Of a stretch of DNA of 64,000 nt, positions 11,350 to 23,523 are shown piece by piece. Both the position numbers and the translations under genes were made by a program. Origin of the DNA: Cystobasidiomycetes sp. EMM_F5 (lineage: Eukaryota); assembly GCA_051047955.1 (NCBI GenBank), contig JBPGPT010000015.1:186001-250000 (forward strand). The letters are read 5' to 3'. Position 1 is the first letter of the stretch. Each line of letters starts with the position of its first letter. The notes below the pieces were generated by a model that saw only the letters and a program-made list of their open reading frames with translations, ran no database searches and was not told the origin of the DNA.

Positions 11350-12333
11350 ATGAGCATTGCAGCTGTCGTGTCGCGGCTTTCGCCAATCCAACTCATCACC
11401 TCCAATCTCCCTCGCTTCTCTACTTCCCGGGCACTGAAGCAGGCAGGTTGGGCAGACCTCGCCGCATCAAGCGAAACGACGGCACTCAATGCATGGCTGT
11501 CGCAAACACTGAAGCAGCGGCAGGAAGCAGGTCGGCCGATACGATGCATTATATTTGGAGAGCAGCATCACCAACCACGAGTGCTCGCTGCGGAATTGCA
11601 ACTGATTCATTGCCTCGCAACAGCGCTGTCGCTGCGATGCGCTGTCGTCTTGGAACATTTCAACATCACACAACAGGATCTCCTTACCCGCTTCGCGTCT
11701 GATGGCGATATAGATGCACTTCGTAATGTCTACGCCAAATCTAGTGAAGGGTTCCGCCTCAGTCCGCAAGGGTACCTACCGCTCCTCTCTATAATTCGAG
11801 AGCTGCCAAACGTAACGGGCACAATCTCAGCAGGGTTTCCGCCGCGCGAGTGGGCTCGTGTAGTCATGAAGGACGGTGTCGAGGTTGCTCGCAACAATCC
11901 GGAAATCCGTAATGCACCAAACATGGACGGTTTTGACCGATGGGAGGACTTGACCACAACGGCAGAGCACGCTGCATACATTCGCTCATCAATCAGCGGT
12001 AACATGCCTGAACTACCTTCCGAGCTCCAAACGGGCGGACTGAATGCTGCGCAAGCGTTCAAAGATGCAATTATGGCATGGCGGATGGACCAGCTTCTTG
12101 AGGTCAACGCTGGCTTAGACGATGTTGTCGTGGGCATTTGTGGCTCAGGACATGCCGAGTATGACTTCGGAGTTACCGAAAGGATAAGGAATTGCAGTCG
12201 AGATCAAATGCTACTGATAGTCACAAAGCCTAATGATGGACTTTACTGGTACGCAGCAGATAATAATCAAACATCACACGAGACAAGGCAAATAGCGGAC
12301 GCCATATTCGTATACGAGGCGGTCGATGTCTAG
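11350..12333 (+). CDS. ChaN-like / haem-binding uptake (Tiki superfamily) domain protein, intronless
   Basis: IIFGEQHHQP...ELQLI, VLEHF...QQDLL, AQAFKDAIMA and VVGICGSGH...FGV match the ChaN pattern (GExH, LEMF, AQxxWDxxMA, GxGH). It is a single 327-aa ORF. Confidence 0.7.
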   Translation: MSIAAVVSRLSPIQLITSNLPRFSTSRALKQAGWADLAASSETTALNAWLSQTLKQRQEAGRPIRCIIFGEQHHQPRVLAAELQLIHCLATALSLRCAVVLEHFNITQQDLLTRFASDGDIDALRNVYAKSSEGFRLSPQGYLPLLSIIRELPNVTGTISAGFPPREWARVVMKDGVEVARNNPEIRNAPNMDGFDRWEDLTTTAEHAAYIRSSISGNMPELPSELQTGGLNAAQAFKDAIMAWRMDQLLEVNAGLDDVVVGICGSGHAEYDFGVTERIRNCSRDQMLLIVTKPNDGLYWYAADNNQTSHETRQIADAIFVYEAVDV

Positions 12334-12651
12334 TATTCCAAGTCACCTTGCGCCATCAGACGGGTACAGTATTTGCTTCAGCATTGACCCTCTGCTGTAA
12401 TGTGGCGTCCATAAAAGCCCTCGCGTCAAACGTAGCTGCAAAGGCAAAGATGCTACTGTGAGAAGTTGAAGATGCTTCTCTGATCTGCTCCACTCATCTG
12501 CTCGGACAGCGAAATCAGCAGTCACCCCTGTACAGCTCACAAGCCTCAGTCACCACTTTCATTGACACCTGCGTTACTAAACGGAGAGTAGTCTCACGGC
12601 ACTACCCCCTATCGACTGAATCCACCTGGAGTCTCATTCCTCCCGATTCGG

Positions 12652-13346
12652 ATGCAGCAAGCCATAATCGACACGCCCAGCTTCGCGCAAACAATGACAG
12701 CGACGGCAAAGATGTACATGGGCAAGACTGGCGTTGTGCTGTTCAGCGTCGCAGTCGCCGTCTTCGCGTTGCTGAACGCTATCTCCACCTTTACCAAATA
12801 CGGTATGGATACAATGTTCCCCTTCAAGTCGCTGTCATCAGGCTTACTTTATCTGAATCTGACAGCACCGCTGAGTGCGGTATATCTATCGAAAGATCTG
12901 GGGTTTGTATGGATTGGCATATGCATTATCTGCACAGTATCTGCAGGCTTTGCACAGACGAGTCGCATCGAGAAGGCACGTCGGGAAGTCATTGTGTGGT
13001 ACCATGTATGTGAGCTCTTATTCATGGCCTTGCAGCATCTGACCGTCTACTAGTTCACTTGCATCGAGATTGCTGTCTTCACCTTGGGAGTGCTTTTCGC
13101 GTATGTCATTATTGGCTATAAACAAAAGCAGCAGCCGCAACCTGGACCATACATTGTAAGTAGCAGTGAAATCTCCGTACATGTACGTAAAGAGGCTGAT
13201 CTGATCTTCTTCCAGCTGTATGGCGTCGGCTTTCTTCTGGAAATTCTGCTGATCCGGCACAGTAGGTCCCGATTGCACACAGAGGCGCAGGTGGGCCTGG
13301 CTGACCGTCTCCTGATGTAGCCTGGGCATTCCGCCGGGAAGTTTGA
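12652..13346 (+). CDS. Hypothetical small multi-pass membrane protein (exon structure approximate)
   Basis: Several hydrophobic segments (VVLFSVAVAVFALL, GFVWIGICIICTV, IAVFTLGVLFAYVIIG, LYGVGFLLEILLI) are linked by plausible GT-AG introns. No family recognised. Confidence 0.55.
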
Positions 13347-13628
13347 AAGCATTGCTCGCAATCGTAAAGGACGAAATTGGTTTCAAAACATATCTATACT
13401 TCGAATTGACTTGTCCGACATTGCATGCTCTGCAGTAGCGACACAGGAGAAACATAGATAGCATATTTAAAAGCAAGAGCGCAGTAGTTCTAGACCTCTA
13501 CAAGCCGATTTCACGTGCTGGCATTGTTCGAATTCGATCAGTCTCTTGCCGTCTGCGTTACAGTACCGTTCTTCAGTTTGCGTCTGACTTGCACGACTTG
13601 GCACATCTGTCCAAGATTTACTTGAAAT

Positions 13629-15132
13629 ATGCAACGAGTCCAGCTCAATCTCGAGCGGTTGCTACCGGAGCTGCGCGACTTGGAAAAGAAAAAGATCTTT
13701 ACTAAGGTGTGTTGGCGGACAAGCCTGTAGCCGGATGAATCAAGCTGAGATCCGATTTGCAGTCAGAAATATCTGAAATAGTCAAACGACGTACCGCCTA
13801 CGAGACCGCCTTGATTCGAAAGGGCAGTAATGAGCAAGATTGGATTCAGTATATCGAGTACGAGAAGAAGCTTGAACAGCTGCGAAGACTGAGGGCCAGC
13901 AGTATGAGTATGCTGCAAAACATTTTGCACGTAGGACGGGCTCTGACTGCCATCTGTGCTTGCCCACAGAGATTCAAGGACGGCCGACCGTTTCGGACTA
14001 TTCAGTCGCACGCCATATCCTAGCTCTATACGCATCTGCCACCAAGAAGATGCCAGGTTCTGTCAAGATCTGGCAGGCTTATATCTCTCATGTCCTTCGT
14101 TCTTCTAATAGTGGCCCGGAAATATCACGGGTACTTGCAAGAGCCCTGTCCTTACACCCGACAGACAGCTCAATCTGGATACTAGCGATACGATTTGAAT
14201 CTGATGGCACTGGCCCTCAGGCGAAAGAAGGCGGAGTAGGAGGGGGCAACATCGATGCGGCGCGCAAGCTATGTCTCCGGGCGTTACGATTCATGAAGGG
14301 TGCGACGCAGCAAGACGCCATTGCAATTTGGCTGGAATGGATAAGACTGGAAATTTCGTTTGTTGAAAGGATGCGAAAGCGGTGGGAAATACTCGGCCTT
14401 GAAAGCACCATGCCTGGACCGGTCAACGTGGTGTCTACCGACATGGAAATGAACGTGCTACAGGAAGAAGACGAGGAATCCAAGGAAGCTCTTGACAAGA
14501 TTGAGGAAACAGTCAGCGATGAGAGACAGAAAGGAAAGAACGCCGTGTTAGACGGAGCTATAGTAAGGATCGTCATTGAGAATGCTATCTCAGGTTCGTC
14601 CAGGTTTTCTGCACTACGAGGCATGACCTAGGTCTGACATAACTGGTCGTACACAGCTCTTCGCACTGATCCCAGCATATACGCTAGTATGCTCAATCTC
14701 ATCCGCCCTCTCCCAACACCCTTAAGGCATGCTTTCCTCGCACAAATACACGATGCGCTTCGAGACAATCTGCCTGATATGTCAAGACCGCGGCCGTATG
14801 TCAGCAGCATCAGAATGATTGCACGTCGGCATTTGGATGACCTGGCCGTCCCGTCAAAAGACGGTTTATCGCTTAACCCAGTAGCAATCGATAGCGAAAG
14901 CTGGATAGATGCGGTGGACCAAGTCTGTTCGGACTTCGACTTTTACTCTCGCAGAAAGCGCGACGAAGCGTCTGCGAACGTGCTAGAAGAATTTGCAGAA
15001 TTCCTCAACGAAATTACGTCACAAACGGAAGATGCCAATCTGAAAGAATACCTGGCGGCGCAGAAAGACAGAATCCGCAGACATGCGGACAAAGTTGGGT
15101 ACGAGTGTCTAGCATTGCAGGACAACTCATGA
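13629..15132 (+). CDS. UTP6: U3 snoRNP-associated protein Utp6 (HAT repeats)
   Basis: MQRVQLNLERLLPELRDLEKKKIFTK/SEISEIVKRRTAYETAL...YIEYEKKLEQLRRLR is the Utp6 N-terminus. HAT-like repeats follow (ARALSLHP...IWILA, ARKLCLRALRF, WLEWIRLE). Confidence 0.88.
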
Positions 15133-15308
15133 CAACGGACGAAGAATGATAGTGGGAAATTTGAGTGTGAAGCATGTCTCTATATTATCAATTTGCAGGA
15201 AGGGCAGCAGGAAGCAATGTTGTTGTTGCTAGTTTGTACTAGGAAAACGCAGCCATATGCTGCGATGGGACATAAACGTTTCGGTGCAGTCCGCGATACT
15301 TGCAAGGC

Positions 15309-17229
15309 CTACAGCGTCTTGAAAGTGTCATTCGCTGTAGACCCGGTCAACGTGGAGGAATCGCGCTCGAATGCTTCATTGTCCCTGACTTGCTGTATGC
15401 GGGCGCGAGACAGCCATTTACTCTCCGGCGTCAATATGTATGCGACGACCGCAAAAATCGTGACTGCGCCAAGGATAACGGGTGCGTAATTGAAGGTATC
15501 GGCGTCGACCGGAAAGTAGTAGGGCGAAATGAGCGTTGCTGATATGAACAGGTTCCAGATCAAAGCAACCCAAAGGAAAGGCTTGCTTAGCTTCCCCAAG
15601 CTCCACTTTGCCGACTTGAGCTGACCGGGCGTAACAAAGAGACGGAGACCTGCGATGAGAGCGTACGCCGTAATGGTTGGCAGAGCACCAGCTGATACTA
15701 ATGATGTGAAGGCGACCGGGCTCGGCAGGATCGTACACAAAAGCAGACTTGCTACCATTCCAACGAAAAGAATCGCGTTTTTCGGTTGTCCGTCCGCCTT
15801 GACACGGCCAATCCAAGCAGAACCGGGCAAGATACCATCACGAGCAATAGCAAAGACGAGACGGGACGCTGCGATGATGCACACTGCAGAGTTGAGCCAC
15901 AGCCCAAGGATTGCAATCACCGTCATAGCGACTTGTCCGCGGTCGCCCAAGGCCAATTGGTAAATGAGAACGAATGGCTGAGGCGCTTCAAGGCTGTACA
16001 GTACGTCCAGCGACGGAGAGCAAGCCAGGAACAGGAACACCATTGAAGTGCCTAAGACAGCGCTGATGACACACGACCAGAAGATACCGCGAGCGGCAGC
16101 CAGACTCGCATTTTTGGTCTCCTCCGCAACGTGTCCTGACGCGTCGAACCCCGTTAGGACGCCGGAGGTAAAGAGGAAAGACAAGAGCCAGTTCCAGCCA
16201 TCAGGGGCGCCAGTGCCGTTGTAGTAGGTTGTCCACCACGACGAGTCTTGAAAACCGTATGTCTGACTGACACCGATTGGTAGCCAAATCAACGTGAGAA
16301 GCCAGTCTGCAAGCATGATGGCGGCTGTGCCAAAAAACACATAGCGGAAAGCTCGGGCTGTAATGCATTCATCAGACGGCGCGAAGCGACCAGTGGCATG
16401 GAATTCTCTTACGATTGATCATGTTAATGAGCACAGCAGACCACAGAAGTATTTCCGCACCAGCCCAGACGACCGCTCTAAATTTGATATTGGAAGCATC
16501 CAAGCCATCCGGGAAGTCGACATTGAAGACTGCCAACTCCGACATGAGATAGTACATTGCACCTTGATTGATACTGGCGAGGAAGGATGTCCATGCCGTT
16601 GTAGACTGCCTCGTCGTTTAGCTTACGTCGTGCACATTCATCTTTTACGGAGCTCACCCAGAATGCAACAACGAATCCAACGAGTCGACCCCAGCGTGCT
16701 CCTGCACATTCGGCTGCCCAGATGTAGATAGAGCCACTCAAAGGAATCGAGGAGCAGACTTCGGCAAGCGTAGCAGCTGTAATGCAGCAACAAACGCAAG
16801 TAATGATCCAAGATGACCATAGAGCTGGAGGACCACCGGCGCTGACTCCGACAGAATAGAGGTACCGAATGCCACCAACAAAGTAGAGTGCACAGAAGGA
16901 TGCGCATATGTTCTCCCATTGACCCCATGAACGATGCAGGACCTATTCGGCATGTCAGCCTGTAGCTCATAGCACCAACTTTAAGCAACGCTCACCTGCT
17001 TGTACCCAAAAGCTAACTGTATCAGAAACAGTCAAGTCAGCGACTCTATCTTGCCGCATGCGCCTACAATCCCGCAAGCAGCGCATGACGAGAGCACGAT
17101 GCACTGGGCATGCGGGCCGCGTCACGTGGCTCGACGGAAAGGGCGAAGACACAGTCTGTATGACCGCGACAGCCTCTCTTCCGTTTCGCTGACTTGAACA
17201 GGCGTGACTCTGCCGTTGTCCGCGTCCAT
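15309..17229 (-). CDS. APC-family amino acid/GABA/choline-type permease (5' end unresolved)
   Basis: FGYKQVLHRSWG, GGPPALWSSW, LAEVCSSIPLSGSIYIWAA, GFDASGHVAEETKNA, SRLVFAIARDGILPGS and FNYAPVI, with many TM segments. Confidence 0.88.
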
Positions 17230-18217
17230 CTACGATCTGATGATACATGCAGCAATGACCCGACGAGAGTAATCTCAGGAGCAGCTATGTGCGGTGCGAT
17301 GAAGTCATCTATCATTGCTCCAAGCAGCACTGCCGGATGATGATCTTTCTGTTTGGTGACTGCCCAGCCCGGCAGCATTGCCCGTACGATATCAGATGAA
17401 AGAACTAGACGTGACAAACGGCGGAGTACGAGAGAAAAGCAAGACGAAGACGAAAGAGGAGGCCATCGCGACCGCACATTCCCTACGCAAGTATTATCTT
17501 GATCAGGTTTGAAAGCGGTATGATCTCAGCCGCAGAGGGATCGACTCGTAGAGGTGATGAAGACTCGTCCGATAGTAGACGGCGTCCTCGTCGCGTCCTC
17601 AAATCAATCCGCTCTGCAGCACCCGCAGTGCTTTTCTACCCCGAAACTGCCCCGCAATAGCAGGATCGAGATACACTCAACCCACTTATTTTGCAGACAA
17701 GACATTTCGGGGTAGAACGATGGTATACAGAACTCTGGAGTTCAGGTAGACGGGGAATAGGAATTACCTGAGAGGTGGGAGAGGTATGGGAAACGATCGT
17801 GCTCTATCACACCGATTCTACTTTGCGCAAGCTATCCTGGGAGGAATAGCAAAAGAGGGAACCTATCCTGTGCGGGACTGTCATTCTGACTTGTAGTCTT
17901 GCTCCTTCTTGACCGGAGACATCGTGCAGCTTTTTGCAAGTTGCTCCTTTCGGCACAATTTTCGGGGAGCAGCGGGCGTCACCGTACAAGCTGCGCTTCA
18001 TCCGAGTCGACGGAGCGGGCATCCGCCTCGACTGCCTGGTCGGCCTTGTTGCTGTTGCTGATGTTGCTCATCGTGCTTGTGTGAGTTGAAGTCGACTCGA
18101 AAGAAAGAGCTGGCCCGTTCCTTTCATTCGGGCAAAGTTGCCACCGCGACGGTCCAGCGGCTACTACGTTGCATTCGAGACAAAGTGGATCTTAAATCCT
18201 ATACAACACTGCCAGTC

Positions 18218-20442
18218 ATGAGTCTCTTTGGCGGTGGAGCTGACTGCGGTCCAGTCAATCCGCTGCAGTCACTGCTTAAACACAGCGAACGAGACCCATC
18301 GGCCCAGCTTGACCGGTTCTCTCAGCTGCCCGGTCAGCAAGGCCAACATGGAAACAGTATGCGAACACAGCAGAATGGGCTGCAGAACAGTGCAAGAGAA
18401 GCCGATATGCACCGTTACTTTGCGAATCAGGCCGGTCCGAGTTGTGCAAACCCGTTCGCACTCGACGCGATGCGAAATGACTTGCCGACGTATAACCAAC
18501 CATTATTCGGGCTGCATTCTGCCGGTAGCAGTAGAGAGGGCTCAGCAACCCCAGCTAGCGCCGGTGAGTAAATCCCGTTTGTATGCAGCGCCTTATACTT
18601 ACGCATAGCAAGCAGACTGGGCAAAGCAGTTCGCAACAGACACTCAGCAGTACAGGAGCTCACCGCTGCTGAACAATAATCACAATGGTCAGTGCCTTCG
18701 TCGTGCCTTGATTCTCTTCTGAATTTAGCTTCCCATCTTCAGACGCTTGGAGTGCGCAATTCAATACTATGCCGTCGCAAGCCGGTTCCTCGCAAGCTGG
18801 ACCGTCAATGATGCCCGCAGGTCCATCAATGATGCAGCAGATGCCGGTGATCTACCCGGGTATGCCATCCTTCGGGGCATCTGGTTACGTTGGAATCCCC
18901 CAGTCCACCAACGTGAATGGTCAAACCGTACAACTTTTGGCCAATAAGAACCGCTTTGTGGAATTGGATGATACGGCATGGGAAGCTCAGTTTGCCAAAC
19001 TGGAGGACAAATCGCAGGAGACTGCACAAGTGCCTGCTTCCTTCCAAGATGACCAAATTCAAGAAGACCCTGCAGCTATCCAAGAAGCTGAGGATGAGAC
19101 GGATGCAGAGTTTCTGAAAAACATCGAAAGAACCTGGAGAAATCTCAAAGACACAATGGACACTTCCAATCTTTCCGATCAGGAGCATGCCGCCTGGGAG
19201 GCGCAGTATGGCACGAATTTTGCAGACTTGCACGATGGTTACGATGACGACGATTTCGCGACATATACTGGAATTGGGCTAGATGCAAAAACATTTGATG
19301 ACTGGCTGCAACAGACGACGAGCCAGGCATTCCCATTCGAACAGGAGAACCCGTTCGCCGGCACTTTTGATCCGTTTGAAGAGGGACAAAGGCTACTGCG
19401 CCAAGGCAACCCCTTGTCAGAAGCTGCTCTCGCTTTTGAAGAGGCGTGCAGACAGAATCCGCATCGAGGAGAAGCTTGGCGTGCATTAGGCGACACGTTG
19501 GCTGCCGATGAAAAGGAAGTCAAGGCCATTCGGGCGCTCGAGTGAGTCTGGAGCATCAAATTTTACATGCGATGTCTGACCTCCATTCGCTGCAGACGTG
19601 CCGTGACGTGTCCGGACGGAGGTGGCGAGGGTGCCTGGATGTCGTTAGCAATTTCGTATGTCAACGAAGGACAAGATCTACGGGCATATGCGACATTAGA
19701 GAAGTGGATCACGACTGCGTATCCTTCAGTCGCGCAGCAGGTTGGCGAACGGCCTTCCCCGGAAAAACAGGGTGACAATCCGTGGTCTATCTCAACGCAT
19801 GTCGTTGACATGTTCCTGGCAGCAGCGAGGGTAGGACCAAATGCACGCAGGGACGCGATACAGAGTCAACCCGTGGACGCGGACGTACAGTCCGGCCTAG
19901 GTGTGCTATTCTATACGAATTCGGACTATGCGAGAGCTAGAGATTGCTTCGAAGCAGCCCTCAGCGTTCGACCGGATGTGAGCTACATATGTTGTGCATC
20001 ATGACCTTGAGTAGACTGCTGATGACAATTATTTCGCTTTACCATGTAGGATTTCCTGTTATGGAACCGACTAGGTGCAACCTTAGCCAATGGCGGTCAG
20101 CCAGAAGAAGCTATCGACGCGTATCGTAAAGCGCTGGAACTTCGGCCAACTTTCACCCGAGCAATCTACAATTTGGGCGTGTCGTGTCTTAACATTAATT
20201 GCTATCGAGAAGCTGCTGAGCATTTGCTAGCGGCTCTCGATTTGCATAGACGTGACAAGCTGGTGGGCAAGGGCAAGGGTAAAGCTGAGGACGATGAAGT
20301 TTTGAGCGCGGCCGATGGCAGCGATAATTTATGGCACACTCTGCGCAGGGCTTTCCTTTGTATGGAACGGCCTGATCTTGCGGATAGAGCCCGGCCAGGC
20401 GGAGATGTATCCAGCTTCAAACGCGACGGCTTCGAATTCTAA
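18218..20442 (+). CDS. PEX5: Peroxisomal PTS1 receptor Pex5
   Basis: N-terminal GGADCGPVNPL with the conserved Cys, WxxxF/Y motifs (WAKQF, WEAQF, WEAQY) and TPRs (LSEAALAFE, DADVQSGLGVLF, LWNRLGATLANG, LELRPTFTRAIYNLGVSCLNI). Confidence 0.93.
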
Positions 20443-20576
20443 TGCCTATCCTATTTGTTGTCTTTCCCTAATGAAAGCGCGAACCGGATGGATCGCAGGA
20501 TGTCAAGCCGTAATCGCGAGTACGCGCCGCATGGTCACTTTTGTACAGCAGGTTTCACGTATGAGAGGACTTCACT

Positions 20577-21360
20577 CTAGAATTCTCCATGCCGAATAGG
20601 AGGCGAACCACCGATGCTATAATGCAAATGTGAGTCAGTGAGACAGCATTTGTCGCTGTTCGCCAGCATGCATCTTACTCCAGCAGTTCTACCTCAAATA
20701 TCAAAGTAGCGCCTCCAGGAATGGAGCCAGCACCTGCGTCACCCTGTGAAGAATGGACTTCAGCCGCTTGGAGTACTTCGTGACGAGATGCGCAAGCATA
20801 CGTAGCCCAGATGTGCGGGGATCTTCAGTTTCCGCTTCTCTGTGATGGGAATCGCAGGGTCATGAGTAGCCGTCGTTTTATGAAGGCCAGTGGAGCTCAT
20901 ACCTCCGATACACATATCGGTCAAGCTGTTGTCGGAGTTGGACAAAATCAGGATTGAGCTTGTTTGGTTCGAAGCACCATATCAGCGACTGACCCTTGAT
21001 CCCAGCCCTTGATTACTGTCAGGATTCCATGTCAGTCTGGCCATTGCCATGCCGTGCTGTCATGAAAGGCTTCCTCACCCTGTCCAGTTCCGAGCGTGAA
21101 GTCGAATGGCTGTCCTCGGGGTCGGCTTTCGTCAAAGACGGACCCGTCCTCTAGGGTCCCTTTATAGTGCATGCTGAGCTTGTCACCGCGTTTCGACTTC
21201 ACCGGACATTCTGCCGGCTTGTACTTTACGCCTGGAACGCAGCGCGTTCAGCTGCAGATGTCAAGCAACAGGCACCGATAGACTGACCAATTTGTAGTTG
21301 GGTAACTGCAGCATGAGCGCAGGCAAGTGTGCTCAGCAGAAATATCAGACTGAATTTCAT
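20577..21360 (-). CDS. FPR2: ER-type FKBP peptidyl-prolyl isomerase (FKBP2/Fpr2-like), about 7 short exons
   Basis: Manual splicing gives [137 protein letters not shown]. Confidence 0.92.
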
Positions 21361-21614
21361 GTTTCGATGACACAAATGATGAAAGGCAGCAGAGATGTCA
21401 GCGGCGTCTCAGTCGCTTTCAGGTACCGTGACTTTCTCATATACATAAGCAATCTACATACAGCTATTCCCATCAATCTGTCACGCTCTGTTTACTGCTT
21501 ATGCTCCCGTACTTCCACTTCCATCACTCCACGAAATGCACACCCGCCGAGCTATGTATGCATAAACATAATGACACAGGATATCCAGATGTGTATACAT
21601 TTCGGTCCATGCCT

Positions 21615-22407
21615 TCATACAGCAGACTGTAGGGGATTCACATCAACCTGTTTCGAGCGTCTTAGCAGGCTCGTTCGTAATTTAGAACAGCATTACTCAC
21701 GCGCCATGGGAAAGGAACAATATTGCTGTTTGTAATCGCGGGCGTATGTGTCTTGTCGGAATCGACAAATGTGATGAGAGACATCAAGAAGCTTGACAAT
21801 TGTGATTTGGTCAAGTTTTCTATCTTGTTGCGTTCTGCGGGATATCTCGTCGTTAGCATTGGGTGCAGTGAATGACGGTCTCAGGGGAAGATGCTCGCCT
21901 CGCTCCGTGTTCCCTTTCGTCATTTCCACACTAAGGTGATACTCCTCCCAGGGTACTTGCCTGATTCAATTGGCGTCAGTTCCTTTATTGTATGGAAAGG
22001 TAAGTGACTTGCGTACTCGACTGTTTTAGAATACCATGTGCGCTTGACCCTCTCCTCGCAGAAGCTCATGACTACCAGAACTTTTCTGACACTGGCACCA
22101 GGATAGGCAGTGCTGGCAGTCGCTGTCGTACTCTGATCGATAGCGCGATATGCTTCGTCAACGTGTGCATCGATCTGAGCCTCAAGGTCCGGGGAAACGA
22201 TGCATGGCAGTGTGATCCCGCACACTTGAGTGCTACCAGGTTGTATATTGCCAAATGCTCGCTGAAAGAGGACAGCTTGCATAAACGCCTTGATTGCCGG
22301 CTTGGCCAGCGTCCGTTCGCATGTCTGTCATGACGGCAATCAGTCAATGCTGCTATTTGGGACTAATACACCAGACTTGCTATGGTTGTAACCAATTTCT
22401 CAGGCAT
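21615..22407 (-). CDS. ATG101: Autophagy-related protein Atg101
   Basis: AVLFQRAFGNIQP, LEAQIDAHVD, VVMSFCEERVKRTWY, VPWEEY and LITFVDSDKTHTPAITNSNIVPFPW match the Atg101 HORMA pattern. Confidence 0.8.
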
Positions 22408-22520
22408 CGCATGGTAGCAACAGAGTGGTTGGAATGATTGAGGCCCTATTTACGCGATTGATGCGTAGGCAACTTGAAACACCGGTGAATATTAGGTACG
22501 GAAGCAACGGCCACACACTA

Positions 22521-23523
22521 TTATGCCTTTACAGATTTCTGACCATCTTTCCGGTGCACAACATCTTTGTTGACGCGGGGAGGTTTCTCTACCTTTTCCT
22601 CCTCTTCATCTATCCAAACGACATCCAATGCAGGGAATGCCTTTTGCACCTCCTCTAGCAGATACATCATCCCCCAGTCCTCGCATCTCTTGTGTCCGAC
22701 AGCGACCATGTTGAACCCACGTCGTTGTGCCTCTTGCACGCCAAGATCTCTTACGGCACCCGTTAAGCAAACGACTTCCTCGTTCTTGACGCCAAGCTGC
22801 CGACTCGCTTCAGCTACTTTGACTAACACGTCTGGGTTGAACGCGTTCAAGCTGCATAGAGCCTGGATGGGACTCTCGCTCTTTGAGGTGCTGTGACTGT
22901 CGGCAGGGATAACGTTCTGAGTTGCCCCTAGAGCTTTGGTTTGAGCCAGTTCCCCTGGCACTTCTGAAGCTAGTACGATCATATCGTGTCCCCGAAACGC
23001 TCGGGACAGACGGTCGCAATACTTCCGTGCATCGACTGGCGCTTCTAGGCGACCGATCAAGCCAAACTTTCGCTCTGGATCGTTCTTGTATCCCTTCAAG
23101 CATATTCTGTCTTGCGGTACGCTGGAAACGTTATGAAGTTTCGCAAAAGCGACATTGTAGCCTGTAGTATACAGCTCGTCATATCTTACGTGGGAAAAGA
23201 GGACAAGTGTTCCGTGCTGGTACCGTCGTCAACTACGTCATAATCTATACAAGCTGCTCAGGACCTACAGGAACCCTCTTTCTGTCCAAAGAAAAGGGTC
23301 TGTGCAGAAACACGACCGTCCTGATTCGCTTACTTTCAGCCGCAGTCAACGCTTCATAGACACCTTCCGTTGGTGTCAATGAGAGAATGAGCTTTTGTGC
23401 GACAAACTGGCTAGTGGGGGGTTCGTAGTGTCTATATGGTGGAAGCGGGGAATGGTACAGCAGCTGCTCATCTGGAAGCTTGCGAGAAAAGAAGGCAAAA
23501 AGATCAGAGTGCATGATGGCCAT
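22521..23523 (-). CDS. NIF3-like dinuclear metal-centre family protein
   Basis: LILSLTP, VFLHRPF, FGLIG, NAFNP, CLTGA and AVGHKRCEDWG motifs. Confidence 0.65.
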
